Part shown: positions 55,879 to 64,000 of the stretch, piece after piece
How the letters are laid out: every line of letters starts with the position of its first letter
Numbering within the stretch: position 1 is the stretch's first letter
Sequence record: PV231354.1
Strand: one strand, 5' to 3'
DNA length: 64,000 nucleotides
Position numbers and translations under genes: made by a program
The notes under the pieces: generated by a model
The model's input: only the letters and a program-made list of their open reading frames with translations
Databases searched by the model: none
Told to the model about the DNA's origin: nothing

Positions 55879-56348
55879 AGGTAGGCGGCGCCAAGCTCAA
55901 CTTCTACACCGACGGGAACCTGGAGGCGGCGTTCAAGCGCTTCTTCGCCACCGCCGAGAAGCGTTACGACGAGCGCGCCGACCGGTTGCTGATCCGGCTG
56001 AACGAACTGATCCTCTCGCGCACCCCGGTGTGGGAGGGCGACACGATCCACAACTGGCGCTGGTCGACCCGCGCGCCGGACATGCGTCACGAAGACCCGA
56101 TCGGCGGCGTCGACCCTGGCCGCACCAACGACATGCCCCTGGGCGTGGAGCCCCGGCGCCGCGCCAACGAGGCCCGCCCCCGCCAGTCGCTGGCCGGCGC
56201 GCTGCGGGCCAAGGAGCCGATCGACATCTACCTGACCAACACCGCCGAGAGCGCGGTCGATCTCGAATACGGGCTGCTGCCGACCAAGGCCCAGAGCCGT
56301 AACAGCATGGGGATGGTCCGAATCTCGGTTAAAGAGGTGTTCGGGTGA
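55875..56348 (+). CDS. Tail completion/neck protein (HK97 gp10-like)
   Basis: RTPVWEG...NW; IYLTN...A..LEYG; SRN.MGMVRI. Confidence 0.75.
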   Translation: MKVGGAKLNFYTDGNLEAAFKRFFATAEKRYDERADRLLIRLNELILSRTPVWEGDTIHNWRWSTRAPDMRHEDPIGGVDPGRTNDMPLGVEPRRRANEARPRQSLAGALRAKEPIDIYLTNTAESAVDLEYGLLPTKAQSRNSMGMVRISVKEVFG

Positions 56349-56419
56349 TCCCCGCGTTCATCATTCTGCCGCGCGTCTATCTCGCGGCGTGGCTTTCGTT
56401 CTGGCTCGGGGAGGACTAG

Positions 56420-56875
56420 ATGCTCGAACACGACATGCTCCGTCAAGTCCTGGAACAGCAGGCGCTCGCCGCCGCCGTCCTGGCCAACCTCGACCTGAAG
56501 TTCGACAACTCCCAGTTCGTCCAGCCGACCGACGGACGCCACTGGGCGGAGTTCTGGCACAAGACCGGCGCGACCAAGGCCTGCGAGGTCGCTGGGCCGA
56601 AGGGCTATGAGAAGACCGCTGGGCTGCTGCAATTCACCCTCAAGGCCCCCGAGGAGGAAGGCAACGGCGCGATCATCCGCGCCGGCGGTCTCGTCAAGCG
56701 GGCGCTGAACCGCAAGCAGTTGGTGATCCCGCCCGACGGCTGGGTCACGCTCGATCCGATCTCGGTCGACATGCACGGCAAGCCGATCGACGGCTTCTTC
56801 AACGTCATCGTCTGGGCGACGTTCGACTTCTACCACCGCGATCCCGACGCGCCCGATCACTGGCTCCGGGGTTGA
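56420..56875 (+). CDS. Tail terminator protein
   Basis: Position before tail tube; size and beta-rich profile. Confidence 0.7.
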   Translation: MLEHDMLRQVLEQQALAAAVLANLDLKFDNSQFVQPTDGRHWAEFWHKTGATKACEVAGPKGYEKTAGLLQFTLKAPEEEGNGAIIRAGGLVKRALNRKQLVIPPDGWVTLDPISVDMHGKPIDGFFNVIVWATFDFYHRDPDAPDHWLRG

Positions 56876-57020
56876 CGGCGGAGCTTCACGGCTGCTATAG
56901 TCGTGAATCTTGACATTCCGCGAAGTCTAGGGTAGGTTCACCACACTTGCGATGCAGGGCCGGGTCGGCGCGCTCGCTACCCTTCCTTTTGTCACAAAAC
57001 CCTGGATTGGTGACCTGCAC

Positions 57021-58853
57021 ATGGCTGCATCGTTCTTCGCCGACTCCAACCGCGCGCGGATGCGCTACATCAAGGAAAACAACGTCATCTGGGGTGTCAC
57101 CCCGGCGACGGGCGTTTCCCGCGAACTGCGGTACACCGGCTCCACCGTCAACGCCCAGAAGGACACGACCCTCTCGGAAGAAATCCGTGCTGACCGCATG
57201 GTGTCCGAGATCGTCGAGGTCGCTGCGCGCACCACTGGCGAAATCAACGTCGAATTCTCGGCTGGCTCGCACGACGACCTGCTCGAAGCCTTCATGTACG
57301 GCGCGTGGACGCGCCCGATGACCTTCGACTCGGTCCAGGGCGTCTCGCTCGAATGGTCCGACACCGACACCCTGTACGTCAAGGGCAAGGACGTCACCCC
57401 CTACTTCTTCGCGGGCCGCCGCGTCCGCACGCAGGGCTTCATCAACGTCGCGAACAACGGCTACTGGCAGATCGCCACGATCACGTTCAACGCCGGCGCC
57501 AACCGCACCGAGATCAACATGTCCGCGTCGACGGCTGTCGCCGAGCGCGGCACCGCCTACTCGGCGATGTATGACGCCAACGACGTCATCGTCCTGAACA
57601 ACGTCGCGATCCGCGCGGGCACCTCGGGCGAAGCTGCGTTCGACTCCAACGGCACCAACGCCTTCGCCGCCGCGATCGCTGCCGGCCAACTGCTGGTCGG
57701 TCAGAAGATTTTCGTCGAGGGCCTGGGCTTCGAGACGGGCACCGTCACCCTGGCTGATCTGCCGGCGGCTGGCGCGCGCGTCAAGATCGCCGACGGCGCC
57801 AAGGACGTCACCTTCCAATTCGGCGGCAGCGCCTCCCAGCCGATCGTCGTCGTGCCCCTGGGCACCGACGAAATCGACACCGCCCAGAACCTCGCTGACG
57901 CCATCAACAAGCTGCGCGTCCGCAAGCAACTGGAAGTGGGGGCCTCGGCCGCTGCCGGCGTCGTGACGCTGCGCAACCTGCTGGTGACGGGCGGCTCGGT
58001 CACCGAGACCGTCGCCGACGCCAACGTGACCGTCGCCAACTTCTCGGGCGGCAACGCCACGGTGCGCGGCATCTTCACCATCGAGTCGCTGACCGATGAC
58101 AAGATCGGCGTCAACCCGGCTCCGACCACGCTGAACAACTCGACGGCCAAGGTCAACATCAAGGCCTCGACCCTGCGCAACCCGTCCGACCCGGACGTCA
58201 TCACCGCGCAGTCGTTCACCTTCGAGACCGGCTTCGAAGACGTCGACCAATACTACCTCGCCGACGGCATGCGGATCGGTACGATCGGCCTGAACATCGC
58301 GGCCAACTCGATCCTGACGGGCTCCTACGGCCTGCAAGGTCGCGCCTCGACCCGCCAGAACGAGACCAAGCTGGGCGCTTCGCCCTACGTTGCGCTCCAG
58401 ACGACCGCGACCCCGGTGGCCAACGCCACGGTCAACGTCGGCAAGATCGCGATGAACGGCGAGGAACTCTCGACGGCCGTCCAGTCGATCGCCATCAACG
58501 GCACGAACAACCTGCGCGACCAGATGGCCGTGGGCTACAAGTTCCCCGCCGGCATCGGCGCGGGCCGGATGGAAATCTCGGGCTCGCTGGTCGCCTACTT
58601 CGCTGACGGCAACCTGTGGGACAAGTTCATCAACCACGAGACCGTCTCGGTGAGCTTCCCGCTGACCGACGTGCTGGGCAACCACTACGAGTTCACGATC
58701 CCGGCGGCGAACTTCTCGACCGACACCGTGAACCCGGCCGGCGGCAACCAGGACATCATGGAGAACCTGGAGTACACCGCCAAGCGCGACCCGGTCACCG
58801 ACTGCCAGTTCCAGATCGACCGCTACTCCTCGATCTTCGCGAACACGAACTAA
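57021..58853 (+). CDS. Major tail tube protein
   Basis: LRYTG.T......SEEIRADRM...GEINVEFS and C-terminal ISGSLVAYFADG...YEFTIP. Confidence 0.85.
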   Translation: MAASFFADSNRARMRYIKENNVIWGVTPATGVSRELRYTGSTVNAQKDTTLSEEIRADRMVSEIVEVAARTTGEINVEFSAGSHDDLLEAFMYGAWTRPMTFDSVQGVSLEWSDTDTLYVKGKDVTPYFFAGRRVRTQGFINVANNGYWQIATITFNAGANRTEINMSASTAVAERGTAYSAMYDANDVIVLNNVAIRAGTSGEAAFDSNGTNAFAAAIAAGQLLVGQKIFVEGLGFETGTVTLADLPAAGARVKIADGAKDVTFQFGGSASQPIVVVPLGTDEIDTAQNLADAINKLRVRKQLEVGASAAAGVVTLRNLLVTGGSVTETVADANVTVANFSGGNATVRGIFTIESLTDDKIGVNPAPTTLNNSTAKVNIKASTLRNPSDPDVITAQSFTFETGFEDVDQYYLADGMRIGTIGLNIAANSILTGSYGLQGRASTRQNETKLGASPYVALQTTATPVANATVNVGKIAMNGEELSTAVQSIAINGTNNLRDQMAVGYKFPAGIGAGRMEISGSLVAYFADGNLWDKFINHETVSVSFPLTDVLGNHYEFTIPAANFSTDTVNPAGGNQDIMENLEYTAKRDPVTDCQFQIDRYSSIFANTN

Positions 58854-58992
58854 GGGCTATGTCACGATTCCCCCGGATCGTGACAGCCCCCTCCAGCTTC
58901 CCCCGATAGACGAACGTCCACAGGACAGTTGTCTCAGCGCTGAGCACGGGCCGCCCGGAAATCGGGGCCGGGCGGCCCACCCTCCCCGATAC

Positions 58993-59436
58993 ATGGACTC
59001 CCCGAAAATGACCGACAAGATCAAGATCGACATGCTGGACCTCTTCTCGACCGACCGCGAGTCGGAAGAAGCCGGCACCTGGATTTTCCTGGACGAGGCC
59101 GAGGAAGTCGGCTTCAAGATTCGCGCTCTGGGCGCCAAGGCCGTCCTGGACCTGCGCGACGACCTGACCAAGAAGTACCAGTCCCTGCTCCGGGCCGGCG
59201 GCAAGCTGCCCGACGAGAAGGTCGAAGAAATCAACCTGAAGGTCATCGCCGGCGGCGTGCTGGCGGACTGGAAGGGCATCGTGGTCGGTGGGGAGGAAGT
59301 TCCCTACAGCCCCGACAACGCCTATGCGGTCCTGAGCAACCCGAAGCTGGGCAAGATGGCCGGCTTCATCGCCCAGCACTCGACGGACGCCCAGAACTAT
59401 CGTGACGGCACCCGCGAGGACGCCGCAAAAAACTAA
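58993..59436 (+). CDS. Tail assembly chaperone (G)
   Basis: Between tube and TMP; LADWKGI...EVPYS..NAY.VL; ends at a slippery site. Confidence 0.85.
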   Translation: MDSPKMTDKIKIDMLDLFSTDRESEEAGTWIFLDEAEEVGFKIRALGAKAVLDLRDDLTKKYQSLLRAGGKLPDEKVEEINLKVIAGGVLADWKGIVVGGEEVPYSPDNAYAVLSNPKLGKMAGFIAQHSTDAQNYRDGTREDAAKN

Positions 59437-59888
59437 CGGCGGCTCTTGAGTTCGCGCTGAACCAGAAGCAGGGCGGGAGCGGCCGAGTCAAATCGGCCGC
59501 CAAGTCCAACGAGTCCACCGACGATTGGCTCGCCCGCTTCAAGCAGCAGAAGGCTTCGGTCCCTGACCCCGAGGATGAAGCCGAGGACTCCGAGCCGCAG
59601 GGGGTCCAGCCCTATCCCGACCTGATGTGGGTCTGGGACGGCTTCTGGCGCCTCTCCAACAAACGCCCTCAAGGCATGGCCGGCCCGGCGCGGATTCCCA
59701 CCTCGGAGATCGAGGCTTTCACCCGCATCCGCCGCTGGGGCTACGCCAAAAGCAACGAGTTCCTCTACTTCGTTGACCTGATGGATGAGGTCTACATGGC
59801 CTACGTCGCAAAGGTCCTCGAAGAGCAGGAGCGGCAACGAGAAACCGCCAGCCAGAAGCCCCAGACCCATAGACGGGGCCGCCGATAG
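59427..59888 (+). CDS. -1 frameshift extension (G-T) of the tail chaperone
   Basis: A-AAA-AAC at 59427-59433 just before the stop; the -1 frame is open to 59888. Confidence 0.8.
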   Translation, partial: KKLTAALEFALNQKQGGSGRVKSAAKSNESTDDWLARFKQQKASVPDPEDEAEDSEPQGVQPYPDLMWVWDGFWRLSNKRPQGMAGPARIPTSEIEAFTRIRRWGYAKSNEFLYFVDLMDEVYMAYVAKVLEEQERQRETASQKPQTHRRGRR

Positions 59889-59893
59889 GATCA

Positions 59894-62800
59894 ATGGACA
59901 GCGAAGCCCTCAAGCTTAAGATCGACTCTTCGCAGGCGCGCCAGGACCTGGATGCGCTTGCGCGGAGCCTCGACCGTGCTTCCAAGGCCGCCGGCTCCAT
60001 GCAGTCGAACCTCGCCAAGGGGGTCGACAAGTCCAACGACGCGCTGGTGCGCGGCGCCAAGAACATCGAGAAGTTCGCCCGCGTCACCGCCGAACTCTCG
60101 AAGGTCAAGCTCTCGGGCGATCCCGCCAAGCAGTTGACCGAATTCGCCAACGCCGTCTCGGCCGTGGCGCGCGCGCGGGAAATCTCCGCCGCCAAGCTGA
60201 CCGGCCTGTCGAAGTTTGTCCAGGTCGGCGCCCAAATCTCCAAGCTCAAGTTCAGCGCCGAGTCGTTCTCGGGGCTGCGCGCCTTCACCCAGGCGATGGA
60301 CGAGGCCGGCCGCGCGCGCGCCGTCTCGGGCGCCAAGCTGAAGGCCTGGGTCGATTTCATCGACGTCTCGGCGCGCGCCTCGCGCCTGCGCTTCCCCTCT
60401 CAGACCACCTCGTCGATCAAGGCGCTGGCCGAGGCCATGGACGCCATCGCCAAGGTGCGCACGCTCAGCCCCTCGCGGCTGGCCTCGATCAAGGAAATGT
60501 TCACCGTCCTGGCTTCGGCCAAGGGCATCAACGGAGCCAACGGCATCGCTCGGGACCTCGACGCCATCGCCGGCGCGGCGACGCGCGCGGCCAAGGCGAT
60601 GAACGAACTGAAGGGCGCGCGCTCGGGCATGGGCGGCGCGCGCGGCTCGGGTGGTGGAAGTGGCGGGATCAGCGCCGGCTCGGCCGCGACCGTCAAGCGC
60701 TTCAACGAAGAGGTCGCCAAGACCTCCCAGCACACCGCCACCGCCAAGAAGGGCCTCACGGGTCTGGGCGAGGGCCTGACGGGTCTGTCGGGCCGGTTCA
60801 ACCTCGCCTATCAGGCCGGGACGCTGTTCAGCGCCATGTTCTCCTCGTTCACCTTCGGCGGGCTGATCAAGGGCATCTACGACACCTCGGTCTCGTTCCA
60901 GAAGCTGAACAAGGCCATGCTGTTCGTCACCGGCACCTATGACGGCGCCAAGAAGGCGTCGCAGGACTTCATCGACATCTCGGTGCAACTGGGCGCATCC
61001 GTCGAGGACAACGCCGACGCCTACTCGCGCTTCGCCATCTCGTCGGCCGCCGCCGGCCTGAAGCTGAACGACGTCAACAAGATTTACAAGTCGACCCAAC
61101 TCGCCCTGACCGCCGTCGGCGCGAATAGCGAACAGGTCGGCTACGCCTTCTACGGCCTGTCGCAAGCCATGGCCAAGGGCAAGATTTCGTCCGAAGAGTT
61201 CAACCGCCAGATCGGCGAGCAAATCCCCGGCAACGCCCAGGCGGGTGCGCGCGCCCTGTCGAAGCTGACGGGCCAGCAGAAGTCGGTCGCCGACCTCTTC
61301 GACGAGATGCGCAAGGGCACGCTCCAGTCCGCGCCGTTCCTGAAGGCCTGGGCCGATGAAGTCAGCCGCATGTTCGCGCCGCTGCTGCCGGAAGCTGAGA
61401 AGCGCCCCGACTTCCAACTGAACAAGGTCAAGACCGCCTTCTCCCTGTGGAAGAAGGAAGTGGGCCAGTCGCAGTTCATCGGCGCCCTCACCACGCAGTT
61501 CAAGCGCCTGTCGGACATGCTCATCGTGGTCAAGGGCGACCACTACGTCCTGACCGATCGCGGCAAGAAGCTGGCTGACTCGTTCGGCAAGGGTCTGGCC
61601 CAGGCCGTCAACATCCTGGGCAACGCCCTGGCGTGGCTGGCGGACAACATGGACAAGGTCGTGTCGGTGATCAAGGTCATCGGCGCCCTGGCGATCGGCA
61701 ATGAGTTCGCCAAGTGGGGCTCCCAGGTCGCCAAGTTCGCCGACAACATGCTGGGCGTGAAGAAGGCGATCGAGGAAGTCTCGGCCGCTGAGTCGACCGC
61801 CCAGGCCAAGCGCGCCGTCGTCAACAAGTCCGGCGCGGTCAACACCGCCGCGTCGCTGGCGACCGATCGCATGGCGATGGCGACCAACCGCAGCCGTGAC
61901 GCCGTCATGGGCGGCACCTTCGTGGGCTCGGCCGCCGCGCCGGCCGTGCGTCAGGCTCCGGCCTTCTCGCAACTGTCCTACCTGACCGGCGCTCCGACGG
62001 AGGCTGCGCGCGGACGCGCGACCTTCGGCCAGCGCCAGCCCTTCACCGGCAACTCCACCTTCGACGCGCGCCCGGCCGCGCGCGGTAACATGCTGGGCGG
62101 CCTGATGGGCGCGGCAAGCGCCGGCGCTGCCACGGCGGCGACCACCGCGTTCAGCGGCCTGCGTAAGGTCATCAACCTCCTGCCCGGCGTTGCGCTGACG
62201 GCGGCCGTTGCCCTGGCGATCTTCGGCAACAGCATGACCAAGCTGAACGACAAGGCCGTCTCCTACAACAACATCGCCGCCGGCGCCCTGGGCACGGCAG
62301 GCGATCAGGTTGGCATGGGCCTGACCGGGCTGTTCAACGGCATCCGGGGCCTGCTGGGCGCCCAGCAGAAGGCCGCCGGCACCGGCGACTGGCTGGTCGA
62401 CATCTCCGCCTCGCTGATCGTCTTCGGCAAGACCATCTTCACCCTGGCCTCGACCCTGGGCAAAATCCTCGGCACGATGATGTCCAACATCATCATCCCC
62501 TGGATCGACCTGGGTCAGAAGCTGTCCTCGGGCGACCTGAAGGGCGCTGCGGCGGCCTCGGGTGAAATCCTGCTGGGTCAGTTCGGCAAGGAGAGCCGCA
62601 AGCGCTGGGGTGACCTGGGCAAGGAACTGGGTCAGGACTGGGGCAAGGCCCTGGACTACGCGGGCACGCGCAAGTCGATCGTCGACGGCGCCCTGAAGTC
62701 GGCCGCCGGCGACACGGCCGCCACGCAAGGCGCCAACGCCGCCCAGAAGATGACGGAAGCGGCCCTCGCCCAGATGAAGGCCGCCGACGATCAGGCCCTG

Positions 62801-64000
62801 GCTGCGGCTGACCTGAAGGACGCCACGGCGAACTTCAAGAAGGACCTCGCGCCGCTCAACTTCAACGACCTCTTCAAGCGCGCCCAGGCCCTGGCCGACG
62901 GCACCTTCCAGCGCACGGCCGCCGCCTCCAAGCCGGGCAGCGCGCTGATGGCTCCGTCGCCGGCGCAGACCCAGGCCAATGCCGCTGCCGTCAAGGCGAC
63001 CATCGCCTCGATGGGCGATCGCGTGTACGCGACGGCTGGCCAGCACATGGGGCAGACCGCCGCCAAGGACGGCGCCTCGCTGCAAGCCTACTTCAAGGCC
63101 AACGGCGTCACCATCGACCCCAAGAAGTTGTCCTGGTGCGCGGCCTTCGTCAACGCGGTCCTGGCTCAAAACGGTCTCTCGGGCACGGGCTCGCTCGCGG
63201 CGTCGTCGTTCAAGGACTACGGCTCGGAAGTCAGCCGCGCCGACGCCAAGAAGGGCGACATCGTCGTCCTCAAGCCGCAGGACAAGCTCAAGCGCACGAC
63301 GGGTCACGTCGGCTTCCTGGACGGCTTCAACAGCGACGGCAGCGTCCGCCTGCTGGGCGGTAACCAGGGCGGCGGCGTCAAGGTCTCGAACTTCAAGGCC
63401 GATCAGGTCGTCTCCTTCCGCCGCACCGGCACGGGCGGTGCTTCGGGCGCTGATCCCAGCTTCCTGGGCGGCGCGATCAAGGACGGCCAGGGCGAAGAGG
63501 GAGGCTCGCGCTACGAGCGCCGCATGAACGCCTTCAAGGCCCTGGGCACCATCACCGGCCAGTCTTCGCCGGCCGCCGACGCCTTGTCCGACTACCAGGG
63601 CAACCTCGAAAAGCTGCGCGACATCATCGTCTCGGAAGAGAAGTTGATGACCGACGTCGGCTCCGACGGGCAGTCGTTCTTTAACAAGACCAACCTCGAA
63701 GCCCTGGCGGCCACCCAGAAGAAGTGGAACCGCTCGATCGTCGAGGCGCTGAACCCGATCGCCAAGGAAGCGCGTCTGCTGTCGGAAGGCAATGACGTGC
63801 TGGAACTGCGCGCCAAGGGCCTGTCGCAGGAGGCCGACTGGCAAGAGCGCCTGACCAACATGCGCAACGACGGCCTGAACGTCGACCTGATGCAGGACGA
63901 GGCCAAGTGGACCCAGTACCTGAACGAGTTGAAGAAGCAGGGCCTGGAGATCGACGTCAAGGCGCTGATGATGAAGCCGGACGAACTGCGCTACCAGCAG
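59894..64000 (+). CDS. Tape measure protein (3' end outside window) with embedded NlpC/P60-type peptidase domain
   Basis: AGGA SD; Ala-rich helical; GKISSEEFNRQIGEQIPG tape-measure motif; WCAAFV...GHVGF...LLGGNQ near 63130-63370. Confidence 0.9.
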   Translation, partial: MDSEALKLKIDSSQARQDLDALARSLDRASKAAGSMQSNLAKGVDKSNDALVRGAKNIEKFARVTAELSKVKLSGDPAKQLTEFANAVSAVARAREISAAKLTGLSKFVQVGAQISKLKFSAESFSGLRAFTQAMDEAGRARAVSGAKLKAWVDFIDVSARASRLRFPSQTTSSIKALAEAMDAIAKVRTLSPSRLASIKEMFTVLASAKGINGANGIARDLDAIAGAATRAAKAMNELKGARSGMGGARGSGGGSGGISAGSAATVKRFNEEVAKTSQHTATAKKGLTGLGEGLTGLSGRFNLAYQAGTLFSAMFSSFTFGGLIKGIYDTSVSFQKLNKAMLFVTGTYDGAKKASQDFIDISVQLGASVEDNADAYSRFAISSAAAGLKLNDVNKIYKSTQLALTAVGANSEQVGYAFYGLSQAMAKGKISSEEFNRQIGEQIPGNAQAGARALSKLTGQQKSVADLFDEMRKGTLQSAPFLKAWADEVSRMFAPLLPEAEKRPDFQLNKVKTAFSLWKKEVGQSQFIGALTTQFKRLSDMLIVVKGDHYVLTDRGKKLADSFGKGLAQAVNILGNALAWLADNMDKVVSVIKVIGALAIGNEFAKWGSQVAKFADNMLGVKKAIEEVSAAESTAQAKRAVVNKSGAVNTAASLATDRMAMATNRSRDAVMGGTFVGSAAAPAVRQAPAFSQLSYLTGAPTEAARGRATFGQRQPFTGNSTFDARPAARGNMLGGLMGAASAGAATAATTAFSGLRKVINLLPGVALTAAVALAIFGNSMTKLNDKAVSYNNIAAGALGTAGDQVGMGLTGLFNGIRGLLGAQQKAAGTGDWLVDISASLIVFGKTIFTLASTLGKILGTMMSNIIIPWIDLGQKLSSGDLKGAAAASGEILLGQFGKESRKRWGDLGKELGQDWGKALDYAGTRKSIVDGALKSAAGDTAATQGANAAQKMTEAALAQMKAADDQALAAADLKDATANFKKDLAPLNFNDLFKRAQALADGTFQRTAAASKPGSALMAPSPAQTQANAAAVKATIASMGDRVYATAGQHMGQTAAKDGASLQAYFKANGVTIDPKKLSWCAAFVNAVLAQNGLSGTGSLAASSFKDYGSEVSRADAKKGDIVVLKPQDKLKRTTGHVGFLDGFNSDGSVRLLGGNQGGGVKVSNFKADQVVSFRRTGTGGASGADPSFLGGAIKDGQGEEGGSRYERRMNAFKALGTITGQSSPAADALSDYQGNLEKLRDIIVSEEKLMTDVGSDGQSFFNKTNLEALAATQKKWNRSIVEALNPIAKEARLLSEGNDVLELRAKGLSQEADWQERLTNMRNDGLNVDLMQDEAKWTQYLNELKKQGLEIDVKALMMKPDELRYQQ

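Larger units (their letters stand above)
19941..56915 (+). promoter_or_regulatory. Putative late-promoter family GTCGTGA(A/T)TCTTGAC(A) - GANTC fused to the -35 hexamer
   Basis: Copies at 19941, 22600, 25683, 30888, 33639, 47914, 53249, 54879 (variant) and 56900, plus a GANTC-less variant at 53766; most lie upstream of portal, capsid, neck or tail modules. Confidence 0.8.
1235..58884. promoter_or_regulatory. Dispersed 24-bp dyad GTCA(C/T)-N14-(G/A)TGAC
   Basis: Copies at 1235, 1541, 31826, 31961, 37881, 54924 (N15), 56991 and 58861; almost all intergenic. Confidence 0.7.

Overview
This window looks like a 64-kb segment of a large phiCbK-like Caulobacter siphovirus (Dolichocephalovirinae-type), judged from GC-rich codon usage, gene order, CtrA boxes and alphaproteobacterial-style tRNA-His. 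In order it holds: the 3' part of the terminase large subunit; a repeat-rich putative terminus/LTR region (about 0.8-10.4 kb) with 12 CtrA-box promoter cassettes; early/accessory genes; portal; nucleotide-metabolism genes and two homing-type endonucleases; scaffold, major capsid and head-decoration genes; a 2805-aa Gly-rich filament/fibre protein; an array of 31 tRNA or tRNA-like genes; PhoH; neck, tail tube and frameshifted tail chaperone genes; and the start of the tape-measure gene. The most striking observation is in the tRNA array. It is split into operons sorted by amino acid, and the two large operons are each preceded by a promoter, a short leader peptide and mutually exclusive antiterminator/terminator hairpins. 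Each leader is built almost entirely from codons read by the tRNAs directly downstream. This reads as ribosome-mediated transcription attenuation of phage tRNA operons, a multi-amino-acid tRNA-shortage sensor that I do not know to have been described. All calls come from reading the sequence; no database searches or folding programs were run.
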